A DNA stretch of 64,000 nucleotides from assembly GCA_030265395.1 (NCBI GenBank), contig JARFYF010000012.1:30325643-30389642 (forward strand). The letters run 5' to 3'. Below are positions 44,412 through 56,770 of this stretch, one piece after another; the first letter of the stretch is position 1, and every line of letters starts with the position of its first letter. This DNA comes from Rhina ancylostomus. Lineage: Eukaryota. The notes under the pieces are model-generated. The model ran no database searches and was not told the DNA's origin. It saw only the letters and a list, made by a program, of their open reading frames with translations. A program made the position numbers and the translations under genes.

Positions 44412-44489
44412 GCAAGTACCTTCGGGGTGGGGTGTGGCGGCATGGAGCAATCTCTGTACACGGCGCCAGATCAGAATGGAGACACGAAA

Positions 44490-44660
44490 GACTGCAGCCG
44501 GTGGAAGCTGGAGCCCAAAACAAAACTGCTGGAGTAACTCAGCGGGTCCGGCTCCTAATGCAGGCCCTCGACCCGAAACGTCAACCATTCCTCTGCCTCC
44601 ACAGATGCTGCCCGACCCGCTGAGTTCCTCCAGCAGTTTGTGGTGGTTGTGCACCAGATC
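44490..44660. mobile_element. Palindromic Penelope-derived non-autonomous element in CYP26C1 intron 2
   Basis: Inverted arms aaactgctggagtaactcagcgggtc (44523-44548) / gacccgctgagttcctccagcagttt (44614-44639), one mismatch, enclosing a hammerhead-like core. Confidence 0.75.
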
Positions 44661-45138
44661 TCAAAGGCTCGTGTATCCCAACACCAGACTTCCCTTTAAA
44701 AAGAGCCTCGAATGATTGAATATAACCGAATTGCCGGTGCAGGNNNNNNNNNNNNNNNNNNNNNNNNNNNNNNNNNNNNNNNNNNNNNNNNNNNNNNNNN
44801 NNNNNNNNNNNNNNNNNNNNNNNNNNNNNNNNNNNNNNNNNNNNNNNNNNNNNNNNNNNNNNNNNNNNNNNNNNNNNNNNNNNNNNNNNNNNNNNNNNNN
44901 NNNNNNNNNNNNNNNNNNNNNNNNNNNNNNNNNNNNNNNNNNNNNNNNNNNNNNNNNNNNNNNNNNNNNNNNNNNNNNNNNNNNNNNNNNNNNNNNNNNN
45001 NNNNNNNNNNNNNNNNNNNNNNNNNNNNNNNNNNNNNNNNNNNNNNNNNNNNNNNNNNNNNNNNNNNNNNNNNNNNNNNNNNNNNNNNNNNNNNNNNNNN
45101 NNNNNNNNNNNNNNNNNNNNNNNNNNNNNNNNNNNNNN

Positions 45139-45268
45139 CGCCATCCGGATCCTGCTCGGTCTCCGGGCAGCGGATCACCAGCTCGACTATCTCTCCTGCA
45201 TATTCGAGCAGCTCATGGAAAATATCTTCTCGCTGCCTTTGGATATTCCCTTCAGCGGCCTGCGTAAG
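45139..45268 (+). CDS. CYP26C1: CYP26C1 coding exon 3, visible 3' part (5' part in gap 44744-45138)
   Basis: AIRILLGLRAADHQLDYLSCIFEQLMENIFSLPLDIPFSGLRK then AAG|gtatca donor. Confidence 0.92.
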
Positions 45269-45980
45269 GTATCAGTTTAACCGCTGACCATCATCCATTC
45301 ACCCGCTTCCTCCGCTGCTGCCTGTTCCTATCAAACGCACCTCAACATACAATATGTTTATGCAATTGGAGCGCTCAGTGCCGATTTTTCCACGAGACTG
45401 TCTTATAACCTGACCCAATAAACTGTGCCACCGACCAGCCCAGGTTTCCTATTAACCTCACAACGCAATTGTCTCTCGACTCTTGTCTCCCTTTAGCTGA
45501 TTATTTTTCAGGGAGGTGCAGTGTTGCATTTGGCCGCTTCGTAAACGAACCGAATTAATGTGTGTAACTCTTTAAATATTGCGTTCCTTTCTCTCCATTT
45601 GTGTAAGAAATTTCACCGCCCCTTCCCCCGAAGTCCCGCTTTAATATTAATGCAGAGCTTTGAATTTAAGCTTCTCCTGGTTTTATATTTCTATATAATT
45701 GTGTACACCGCAACATATTAAATTGCAGTAGCATTTTAAAGAAGTGGTTCCTCTTAGGTAGGCTGCGTATTGTACAGAGTACTCATTCTGTCTGTAAGTG
45801 CTGTAATTGAAAGAGGGAAAGTATCAGATTTAAACCAGAATTTTACCGTGGTGTAGCTTTTAGAGTTCGTGATTAAGAGCTGCATTCATTGTAGCTTCCA
45901 GACAGCACGATCTCGATAAGCTTTCAATATAAAGTGAACTCGTACTGAGACCTATTTATAACAATCTACTTGTTTTTAAG

Positions 45981-46136
45981 GGCATCAAAGCACGGAACGC
46001 ATTGCACGAGTACCTGGAAAAAGCGATCACTGAAAAGCTGCAGCAAAACAGTCCTGGTGCCTATCCCGACGCTTTGGATTTCATGCTGAATAGTGCGAGG
46101 AAGAACGGGAAGGAGCCGAGCCTTCAGGAACTAAAG
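45981..46136 (+). CDS. CYP26C1: CYP26C1 coding exon 4
   Basis: tgtttttaag acceptor; 156 nt GIKARNALHEYLEKAITEKLQQNSPGAYPDALDFMLNSARKNGKEPSLQELK; AAG|gtaatc donor. Confidence 0.95.
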
Positions 46137-47684
46137 GTAATCGGATCCCGAGTCTGTGAATGTGATTAATCCCCTCGCCTTCCATCCTCTTTCTAAATTT
46201 TCCTTCTGTTTTTACAATGTTCGTTTCCATTCTTGTCATTTTCCTAACTCACCACGATGAAATAAAAGCAGAAAGACTAACGCGGGGATCTTTTTGAATC
46301 TCTGAACAACCTGCAAGCAACAACGGCCGGTGGCAGTATCAAAGCAACTGGTTAAACACACTGGAGCAGGCACTGCGGCGTTGCCTATGCCGTTGTACAT
46401 CTTGTGTGCTCGTACAATGCCGGTAACCGATCAGGAGTAACATCACTCACCACCTTTAGGGCCACAGCGGAGCGGTTTCCGTTCTATGGTAATACTTAAG
46501 ACCATGTGTAAACAGCTCGCATCAAATGGAGTCCATCTGCACCCCGCCAGTTGACCCTCAGCGCTGGGTGTTTGAAGTACAGCTGTGCGCTAACGCTGGC
46601 GGGTCCTCTGCAGTCCGGATCTCCCGAGGGCAAATGAAGCAGGAATTGTTCCGAAGTCTTTATCCAGTTGACTGCCCCTGCTGGTAATGGTACTAAAACT
46701 ATCCTTCCCTACTGGAAAGGCAGACGCAGATTTATACACGTGTGTTGTGAGCCTTATATACCTTCTAAACTGTTTTCCACCCCCAAAAGTAGAAATGGGT
46801 TTGGAAGCGCAGAACAAATTGGTCTTTTCTGACGTTGCTTCCCGTTAGAAATTGCAGAACGCTTTTTATACGAACTGCCTGGAACACGTCTGGGCAGGAG
46901 AGCGCTCCACTCACCATTAACTTCACACTGAAGCAGGGAATGGTCACAGCATTGAAGGGGGCATTTATTTCACGGAGTCTGCACTGATTTTATGTTAGAG
47001 CCATACAGTTGGATTCCCACCCTGGCCCTCTCCCCAGCACCCTGCAACATGTTTCTTTTCCTTTCCGACACTTTCCCTGTTCCCTTTTGAATGTTACAAT
47101 TAAATTTGCCTCCAGTGTAATCTAAATGTTAACCACTGGTTATGTGGAGGAGTGTGGGCAGAATTCCTCCTGTCCCATGTACGGGTAGCTAGGCACCAGT
47201 CTTGTAGTGTGCAGGTGGTTCTGTCCAGTCACTTTTTAACTGAACTCCTTAAATGTAAAATGTTGCCTGGTTTATGGAGTTATGGACTATTCTGTTAAAT
47301 CCAAAACTGGCCTCTAATTCTAGATTTGTCCTGTACCTATGGCAGGGCTGCAAAGGGAAAACTAAAGCCCTTGTATAACTATGTTCCACAGCCACCATGG
47401 ACAATTGGAATTTATTCCACTGACGGAACAACATTGGAAACTTTCTAAAAATTGCAGGAAAATGGAGGGGGATAGAGTTTCACTTCAGTAGTTAACCAGA
47501 GTATATCATGATTCTGATCAGGGGGGAAAAGATTTTACACCATGCTGTTTACTCCATGTATCTTACGGACTTGCTTGTCGTGGATTTGTGTAACAGATTA
47601 GTTTAGTGCTATCAATCGTGCCGCATAGAGTAAGAGGTACCTGGGAATGAATTCTAGGACAGCAGCCTAGTCTAGAATTTAAAA

Positions 47685-47850
47685 AAAATAGAAAATGCTG
47701 AAAACACTCAGCAGGCCAGGCAGCATCTGTGGAAATGAAACAGAGTTAATGTTTCTGATTGTTTCTCTTTCCACAGATGCTGCCTGACCTGCTGAGTGTT
47801 TCCAGCATTTGCTGTTTTTATTTATGATTTCCAGAACCTGTAGTTTTGTT
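47685..47850. mobile_element. Palindromic Penelope-derived element
   Basis: aatgctgaaaacactcagcaggccaggcagcatctgtggaaa ... tttccacagatgctgcctgacctgctgagtgtttccagcatt, ~42-bp near-perfect inverted arms; decayed relatives at ~4690, 25370, 53575, 60540. Confidence 0.75.
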
Positions 47851-50519
47851 TTACTTTTCAATTAGCAGGGATTTGCCTGATTTGGTCTGAACAACCAGTA
47901 TTATTGATGGCAAACAATAATCTCACATTTACTTGTCTTTGACATTTGACTAACTCTGCTGTGAAAAATTTTAAAGTCTAAAAACTTAAATCTGCTGCAT
48001 CCATGGGTCATAGCATTATTTTAATCCTTTTCACAGCTATGTTTTACTTTGATGGAAACCCAATTTATAGGTAATGACATTAAAACCACTTGCAAGTAAT
48101 ATGACACCATTTATCAATAGGACTTCAATAAGTGATCCTTAGCACCTGCTAAACCTTATACTTGATGCATATCATTTCTGGAGAAGTTCCATCATGTTAA
48201 TTCTCTTCAGAGAGGCACTTGAATAAATTAACAACCGATTTATTTTCCACTCTGCAATAATTTTATTTTATTAAACCTACAGAAGCCTTTTATAATGCTA
48301 ATTTTATTTTGATGTTGATGATTTTCCACCCTGCTCTAACATTATATTTACATTGTAAATTGGGATCATAGTCTGTGTGAATTATCAAGGACCTCCTCTT
48401 GATCTAGTTCCATTGAAATTTGCCAGATTCTTAGACTGAAACCTTCTTCCCTTTTTAACCACACGTGTTGCTGAATTTGAGAGATCTGTGTGCACACGTC
48501 AGGAGAGAACAGAAATGACTCCTGAGGTGAGAGAATAAGTGTACCTGGCCACAGGAACCAAGCAATGTAAGCACATTTTGCCTTGCAATGGTCCTAACCT
48601 GACTCCATACCAGGATTCTACAGGACATGCTCAGAAGCTATTCAGTAGCTTTGTTTTGACATCATATACAGTTAAACTCTAGTGGCTTGCAAAACTGGAT
48701 TCAAAAAATGTTTCTGGGTACTTGGGTTCTCTTTGATATCTTATTAACTTAAGCTGACTTTACTTTTGTAATACTTTGATAAGGTCAACTCTCCTTCTCT
48801 ACAACTATAAAAGTTTGTTATAAATATCTATATAGAGAGATCTTTCTTGGCTGTCAGGGTTCAATTCAAAGCCAGTGACTGTAAACAAGATACTGCTTGG
48901 CTGGAAGTAATTCTGCAGCCACCAATCTTAGATGTTAACAGTATTAAGTTAATTATTTTCTTAAAGTCAACACCGAGAACAATAGTAGCAACTGAAATGC
49001 AGACTCTGTAACATCGGCTTCAGTTGGANNNNNNNNNNNNTATCTCCATGGCTCTTTGCTCTGGTGATAGAGACTCCTGCAAGGAAACTAAAGCTCAGTG
49101 CTGGAATGATTATACCAAATGCTTTTACTGTGCAGCTCCATTAATCACTACTGTGATTTGGTACAGATAATCATGCCTTCATTTTAGTACAATTAATGTA
49201 TGAGCAAGATCAGTTTGATTTTAGCTTCCTTCAGTCATGAAAGTTAACTGTAAATGTGAAATCTTTGGAATCCTTTTTCAGAATTGATGCAGTCCAAAGC
49301 TCTTTTCTAGTATTAATATAGCTCCATTTTGTTGAGGCCAGCTGTGTCCTGACAGGACAACAGAAGTGAGCATTTCCCTTGGTTTATCCAGTTTACTTCA
49401 ATATATTTTAGATGTTGTAATACTGGGCTCTCTTGAGACAAACTACCATTCATATATATTCTGTGTGCATAGAAATCCAACATCAAATCAGCTGATCAAT
49501 ATTGACAAAATACCTGAATGTAACAAGTTTAGTTTCTGTGAAGTGGTGGTTTCATACTTTGATTAAATGGGAATCACTGGCTACACGTACATATAGATCT
49601 GTATTCATTTTCACTCGTTCTTTGGATCACAGTGCTGATATGTATGACATCCTTAAGTTGCCCTTAGAAAGTGATAGTGGGCCACTGTCTTGGGTAACTG
49701 ATATGTAGATTTAATTTAACTGAGCAGCTGGCAAGGCCACTTTAGAAGACAGTTGAGGATTGAAACCAGGATTGCATTTAGGACTGTTCCAGTAAGGATG
49801 ATGTTTCCTTCTCTGAATCATCTGGGATTTTACCAAAACCTGATAGCTGCTTTGTCACTTTTACTGATGTGAGCTTTGTATGCCCTCTGGCAGTCCACTA
49901 TGAGCAGGTTTCTTCAGTTCCATTACTTTATTGAAATAACCATGTTCTTGAATTCTCTCACAAATTTAAAAAAACTAAAATGGGTTGTTTTACATCCTCC
50001 ATTTCAAGTAGTGTAGATAGAGACAATAAGGTTGAAATGAGTAAGCAATTTTAGAAAAGATGACTCTGAGGAAAAAGGTGTGGATGGTACCAAGCTTTCC
50101 ATCAGTAACTGGATGGTGGGAATGTTGTGATCAATTCTAAATGTTTGCCTGGATTGTAATGATTTCACGTGTGTTTTACAATGTCTGATAATATGGGAGT
50201 ACTGGTAGAGTGAATTCTTTACTCCAGTACCTTGTGATCCTGGATCATACTATTGCAAAGTTAGATCAGTGATTATCTTCAAATTTAATATTGATCACAC
50301 TTTTAGGAACTTTTGCATTCCATCTTGGGAAGTCCAAGTAAATTGATCAGTTGATATAAAAGATACACAAAGGATGTTGCTTTCTTGGAGGACTTCAAGT
50401 TCACCCCTGATTTTTTTTTGAAAAAGATCACTGAAAATATTTTCCCTAAAACATTAAATTTGTANNNNNNNNNNNNNNNNNNNNNNNNAATTATCTGCAG
50501 AAAATGCTGGAAACAGCAG

Positions 50520-51880
50520 GCCAGGTTCTTGTCTCCCAACCAATCCTATCCAGATCACAATGAGATCTCTAACTTCATACAATCACATCTTTTGCTAGTG
50601 ATCTCTTGCACAGAAATAAACACCTTGTCATTTGATCTTCCCACCAAGGGAAGTTGCTCCTTCCTGTTTACTTTCATGCATACTTTATACACCTTGATTA
50701 CATCTCCTGTTAGCTTCATGTGTTGCCAAGGAAACAACCCTAACCTAATTGTTCTCTGGTCATAACTAAAAGTCTTCAGCTCCGGGAAGGTTCTCATAAA
50801 CCTCCTTGCTCTGCATTTCTACCATATCTCTCCAGTAATGCAGATGACAGATCATCTGCAATATTGTACCTGGGACCTCTGCATTATTCTGGCATGATCT
50901 TCTTGCTCCTGAATGTGAAGTTTCAGACAATAAAGGCAAGTATCTAGAATTCCCTTAATTCTAAACAAAGAACCACATTGCCTGTTTTTTTAACAATCTG
51001 TGAACATAATCCTTTACAGTTAAACATCTTGCTATTTATTATGTAGTCTCTTGCGTGGTTGAACCTTTGTAAATGGATTATGTTGCACTCTCTGAATTGA
51101 ATTCCATTTGTCACTGCATGGTTCACCAACCCAGTCCAGTGACGTATGGCAGTCGAAAACCTTCTGCCTTACTTCATTCTACTATGTCAATGTTGGAATG
51201 ATTAGCAAACTTCTTAACCATGCCTCCCACATTCAGATCCAAATCATTGTTATGGACCTTGTAAACAAAGCCACCTAGCACTGAGCACTGTGGAATCTCA
51301 ATGCATTCTGGTGTCTAAAGCTCCCATTGACAGTGCTTTCTGCCACTGAGACAATTTTAGATTCCATTTGCCACTTTTGCTTAGATCCCATGTGGTTTTA
51401 ATTAATCTCCTGATCAGTTTACCATGTGGGACTTTATCTAAGATCCACAGATTACATAATGTGTGCTCTCCCTGTCACTGCTCCCTATTGCCTTGTTAAA
51501 TTTTCAAATGTTAGTCAGGCACAACCTTCTAACAAATTAACTTTCCTATCTTTGATTAAAGTCTGCCCTACTGACTGCTGATTTTACTAATTCTTAGAAT
51601 TGTTCTTGTACCTTGCCTGTGACTAATGTTAGACTGTTTTGTCCTGTGATTACAGGTCTATCTTTCTCCTTCCATAAACAGAAGTACCATGTTAGCCATA
51701 TTCCAGATCTCCTTCCTCTATGGCCATAGCCAGAGGATTGGAAAATGCTACATGAAGCTTTTACTGTGTTTCCCCTCTTCTGGGATGCATTGTACCCAAA
51801 TGGTTTATTCAGCTTAAATAAACTGGACCCCTTGATATTTCTTCACTCTTATCTATTGTATCCAATAATTCACACCTTCC
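50520..51880 (-). mobile_element. Old CR1 LINE fragment
   Basis: Minus strand RLGLFPWQHMKLTGDVIKVYKV CR1 C-terminal motif; heavily decayed RT upstream. Confidence 0.65.
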
Positions 51881-51892
51881 TTAACATCTGAA

Positions 51893-52090
51893 CAGCACAG
51901 TGGTGCAGCCAACAGAGCTGTTGCCTCTCAGCTCCAGCAGCTTGGATTCAATCCTGACCTCTGCTGACTGTGTAGAGTATGCATGTTCTTCCTGTAACTG
52001 CTTGGGGATTAGTTAAATGGGTGCTTGATGTTCAGTGTGGGTTCTATGGGTGAAGGGCTTATTTCCATACTATATGAATCTATGACTATA
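51893..52090 (+). mobile_element. tRNA-derived V-SINE (HE1-like)
   Basis: A box-like cagtggtgcagc, B box-like ggattcaatcc, ctgtgtagagtatgcatgttct core, CR1-derived tail ending tatgaatctatgacta. Confidence 0.8.
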
Positions 52091-52101
52091 AAGACTGTAT
52101 C

Positions 52102-53023
52102 ATTTTTCCGGTTCTGTCGCGGTATCAGCCTATAATATTAACTGCTTCAGCTCAAAGGCCTAGTAATAATATTGGCAATGATTGACAGCCTAGTCATTTA
52201 AAAATGACGGAAGTAGTTAAATGCTTGATCAAGCAGTAGCTTGATCAAACCGATGACGCATGTCAAACCTCATCCTGTATTACTCAGAAATGTACCACGT
52301 GTATATGCTTGATCAAACCAGCTGTAACAGTATAAATATTGTGATTGTGAGCTACTGAGGCACTTCACTCAGCGGCTTCAACATATGAGCAACCACCGAA
52401 ACTGCTCTTAAGCCTGTGAAGTCACAGCAGCGGATCTTTGATACCTTTAAACTTTAAAGGTCTTCTTCGCTCGTGTGTATTGCCTCAGTAGACGGTAAGA
52501 ACATGTCTTTGTTATCATAGAGCATTAAGATCGCGGGCTTGATGGTTGACTTGATATTGTAGATTTGTAACGCATTAATAAACTAGATCACTTTGATCAA
52601 ACTCTTAGGTATTGTTTGTATAAATGAATTGCGATTAGGTTGAGAGGCTCTTAGTTGGATACTCGGCTACGTGAATTCCCAGTAGTAACGGAACCCCGAG
52701 TGAATCGGTCTCCTAGATCCGGATTCCACTAGTCTCCACCGATAGCGAAGGACTCCTATATAGCGCTCTCGAACCGACTAGTCCCGTTCCCCCTCCACGG
52801 TCACCTTAAAGCAATAGCTACCGTTCGGTAAGCAAGACGTAGGGTCAAATTGAGCAACCTTTATAGGGGAAAGCTATTACCGTCGCAGTTCTTCACTCAG
52901 GTTGTCCTTTTAGTTCTCTAGGCTGTACTCTTTCTGATGCCTAATGTAGTCAATATCCCATTGTTAGGCAGAGTAATTCTTTATTTCTCTAGAGAAAAAT
53001 CAATTAGTAAATCTAGACGAACA
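52102..53023 (+). mobile_element. Candidate young solo LTR of an unidentified retroelement
   Basis: Abrupt CpG-rich non-coding block; TATAAA 52331, AATAAA 52577, ends ...GAACA; flanked by TATC direct repeats (52098-52101, 53024-53027). Canonical 5' TG is absent at that boundary (a TG occurs at 52115). Confidence 0.55.
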
Positions 53024-54789
53024 TATCTTGTTGTTTTGCCCTTTTCTCATTCATTAATTTATTGACCCTCCTATTTGTTAATGTTCAATGCTGCATTTTG
53101 GGATACATGGAGAATATGTTCCACTGCATTTGGATTATTAGAAAATGTTTTGATTAAAGACACCTTTTTCCTCTCCCTCTCCTTGGTTAAGGCATTGATT
53201 AGCTTATACATACAGATGAACAGATTGCAGGTTCAATGCCTTATTTATGTAGTGTTAGCTGATTTTAAAATTGACCTCCAAGTCTATTTTCTATTATCGT
53301 GTGATGAGCTAAATGCTTTCTGTGGTGGGAATATAAATAGACCTTTCTGTTGTATCAACCTTGGTTGAATAACTTGTTGCTATTTGTCTAACCTCAAACA
53401 TGAAGAATGGATGTCTGGACACACTATCAGAAAGTGGGGAATGCCCATTAAACTCTGCAATATCTAGGAATGTAGAGGGAAAAAACTGCAAAGGAAAATA
53501 AGAGGAATGGGAAATATTGGGAGGATGGGCCAACTGTGGAAGAATAGGGGAGCATTTCAGTCTTGAGGATCAGACATATGCTGCCAAACCTGCTGAATGT
53601 TTCCAGCACTTTCCGTTTTTATTTCAGATTTCCAGCATCTACAGTTTTTTTGATGCTCAAATCTCCCCTGCATTGTCTTTTGCATTTTCACATCCATCCT
53701 GTGCTTTGGTAAGCAGAACTTCACTGTGGCTTACCCCAGCTGTGGCTTACTATAGTTCTGTACGAATCTCCAGCTCTGTGCTCCTTGTATTGTGTGCCTC
53801 AGCCAAAAAAGGCAAGTATTAGGTGTGCTGCCTTATCCACCTCAAAGCCTACAAATCATTGCTACCTTTTGATGCTTTTGTAGATATAAACTCCAAGATC
53901 CCTCTTTTACTAGGTATCCCTCCATTCATTGTATATTCCTTTACCACCGTTGCCTCACTCAAACACAATTGCTCACTAAATTATATTCCTAAACTAACAT
54001 CCTATATTCTCTGGTTATTTTGTCATTTATTAATGAGTAAAGTTTGTAAGAGTTTTGTGTATTATTAATCTCTCTTATTAATTCATCTATTAATGAGTAA
54101 TATTTGTAAGATCTTGCTCACAGATTGATGTCTGCATTACATTTTTGCATTCATTGGTTGCAAAGAATTTTGGAACATTCTCGCCCTAAGAGAGGTGCAA
54201 GTTTTAGTGCAATTCTTCATTCCTGTTCTGAATGCTCAACAGAATAACACCTGGTTTTAAAGTTAATTTCAGGAAGTCTTCACAGTGAGATCCGGTCTGA
54301 ATCATGAATCATCAAGGATCTCTATTTAAATAATGCCACATTGTACACCTGCTAAGTCACTCTCTGTACTAACAAAAACTTCCTGCTAGACTTCCACCTA
54401 GGCCAGGCATTAGCTTGTATCAAATTTTTAATCTATAGTCTGGGCCAAGTGTTTCCAGTATAAAGATGTTAGAGAAAGAATTTTCCTGTAATTACATGTT
54501 GTGTGATGGGTGCAGTGCACCTGAAGCACTCATTGGTGACTTGTTTGTTCAGTAATTGGAACTGTAGTTAACAAAATATTCTACAAATTAAGCAAGGTAA
54601 TTGCCCTATTATATCCAAAGCCATCATTAATGCAATAAAACTCTGAGAATCTGACAAGCTTAACACTGGTGCTGGACTGGCAGATTTTCTGGACTATTTT
54701 ATATTACTGCTATTAATATCTCAACACCCCTTTAATTCATTTTTTTTAGATGTTACATAGTATGATAAATTTTCCAGTGAACCACTTAA

Positions 54790-55005
54790 GTTGAAAGGGC
54801 CTGCGGGAACCAGGGCTCCCACAAGTTGTAAAGGAGTGTGGACACCAGGGACCTAGTGAGCAGAAAGTGAATGCACAAACCGGGACCCTGATGTGTTTGA
54901 GGGAGTGTGGGAACCAGGGTTCTTGAGTGGAAAGGGAGCAGGAGAATCATGGAGCTGGTATATTAAAGGGAACGCAGGGATCCCATGAGTTAAAAGGGAG
55001 TTCAT
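54790..55005. repeat. Degenerate ~33-bp tandem repeat, 6-7 units
   Basis: Recurring aaagggagtgtgggaaccaggg...tgagtt-like unit. Confidence 0.65.
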
Positions 55006-55319
55006 CGAACATTACTAAGTGAGTCATAGGCTGGTTGATCAAAATTTCCAAACCATCAGATAGTGGATTATTGGAGTTTTACTGTCTTTCTCTACAAGAA
55101 TTATTTCTCACTCTGTTCAACTTTTTAATTTTACATAGTATACAGCTTAAACTTTCCAATTTATAGGTTGGGATTCTGGAGAATGTATTTGAGGAGCTCA
55201 TTAAAATTTGCATCACCCAAAGTCTGACAGCATGCAGATGGATGGTATCATTGGTGTTCCAATTGACATAATGCCAATTGATTGGCAAAAGACAGTAATG
55301 AATTATTAATGCTAAGGTT

Positions 55320-55600
55320 TTGCTTACCATTTTCCCCCTCCTCACCTGGCTCCATCTGCCTGTCACCCTTCTTTCCACTGCCCCCCCCGCCCGCCCGCCC
55401 CACCACCCACCTGTCCTGCAATCGCCCATTAACTCCTGTCTCGCCACTCCCTTTCCACTGTATACTGGCTATCTTTCCTCTCCACTCAGTCCTGATACAG
55501 GGTCTCGAGCCAAAACATCAACAGTTCCTTTTTTCACTCCTACAGATGCTGCTTGACCCACTGAGTTCATCCAGCAGATTGTTTGTTGCACCAAATTCTG
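55320..55600 (+). mobile_element. Penelope-like element 3' terminal fragment
   Basis: Pyrimidine-rich tract then cagtcctgatacagggtctcgagccaaaacatc...agatgctgcttgacccactgagttcatccagca, homologous to 63540-63650. Confidence 0.7.
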
Positions 55601-55809
55601 TTGAAAATTAATGGTTCTGTATGATATACTTTCATCCATAGTTTCTTGACTGAAATTCAGTCAAGGTTTAAAATGGGAACAGAGTAAACCAGTTAGCAAG
55701 TTAAGCATTCTCAAACATTCAGTAAGGTGTGGCTAATCTGTAATATGCCTGCATTTTCTCAATATACTGTAATACTTTCATTAACTATCTGTAATTTAAC
55801 ACTTGGTGC

Positions 55810-56770
55810 AGCATCAGATGTTATTTGCAGAAGATTTCCAAATTTCTGTCATCCTTTTTATATAGAATCATTTCCTAACTTCACTCCTGAAATGCCTGAG
55901 CCCTACTTATTCATTTATTTATCTATTTATTTATTTGAAGCTATGACCCTTATCCCTGGCCTTCAAAACCAGCAGAAATAGTTTTTCTCCATTTGCACTA
56001 AACTGTCAATTAAATCACTTCTTAACTTTCTAAATTCCAGGGTATACAACTCTAGTTTGTATAATCTTGCCTCATAAATTAACCCTTGGAACACAGCTAT
56101 CACTGTTAAATCTAAACATTCACTCTCCAAGGCTAATATATCCTTGGTGTGCCGCCAAGACTGCTCACAGTGCTACTGGGTGTTGTATTACAGCAACTTC
56201 TCTACCCTTTCATCCTTGTCCTCCAAGTATAAAGGGCAACATTCCATTGGCCTCTTTAATTAGTTTGTGTACTTGTCTGCCATATATTATGATCCATATG
56301 GACCCCTAAATCTCTTGGATGACCACTGCTTTTGTGTTTCCTGCTCTGTCCTTTTCAGTGCCACACTTGGCTACATTGAAATCCATTTGCTCAAATATCT
56401 CTAATGATATCCTTCCATCTAGATTAACTATAAAGTTGCCTTTCCTTGTCATTAGCAAACTTGAATAGTGGCTTCTGATCACATCGTCCATGCAGTGACT
56501 GGCTCCAGTTAATACATGCTTGTAGGAATCTTGAGTCAAACCCTACTTAATTTAAACCTGTTTTCGCTATTGCCTCCTGCCATTCAGCCAGTTTCTTAAC
56601 CATATCAACAATTTCCATTCATTTCCATGAAAATTAGCGAACAATCTCTGAGATGCTGCATCAAATATCCTCTGGAAAGCCATCTTAAACATGCATTGAC
56701 ATCCACCATCCACCGTTAGTCAATTCTTTCTCAGCCCTGGTCTATCCTTTATAAATCCATTCTCACTCTC
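55810..56770 (-). mobile_element. Old CR1 LINE fragment
   Basis: agaatttcca...ttcctaacttcactcctgaa 3' region and cacttggctacattgaaatccatttgc (reverse QMDFNVAKC) CR1 motif. Confidence 0.55.

Noticed and set aside
44581-45287. Long ORFs (160-191 aa) in the ORF track
   Set aside because: Artefacts of N runs translated as X; only the 45139-45268 exon 3 fragment is real. Same for ORFs over gaps at 2340, 5837, 14163, 15100 and 40376.
51893-51965. tRNA gene
   Set aside because: A/B-box-like head continues into a SINE body and tail; no full cloverleaf.
54790-55005. Regularly spaced repeats suggesting a CRISPR-like array (also 35010-35220)
   Set aside because: Contiguous degenerate minisatellite units with no unique spacers, in a vertebrate genome.
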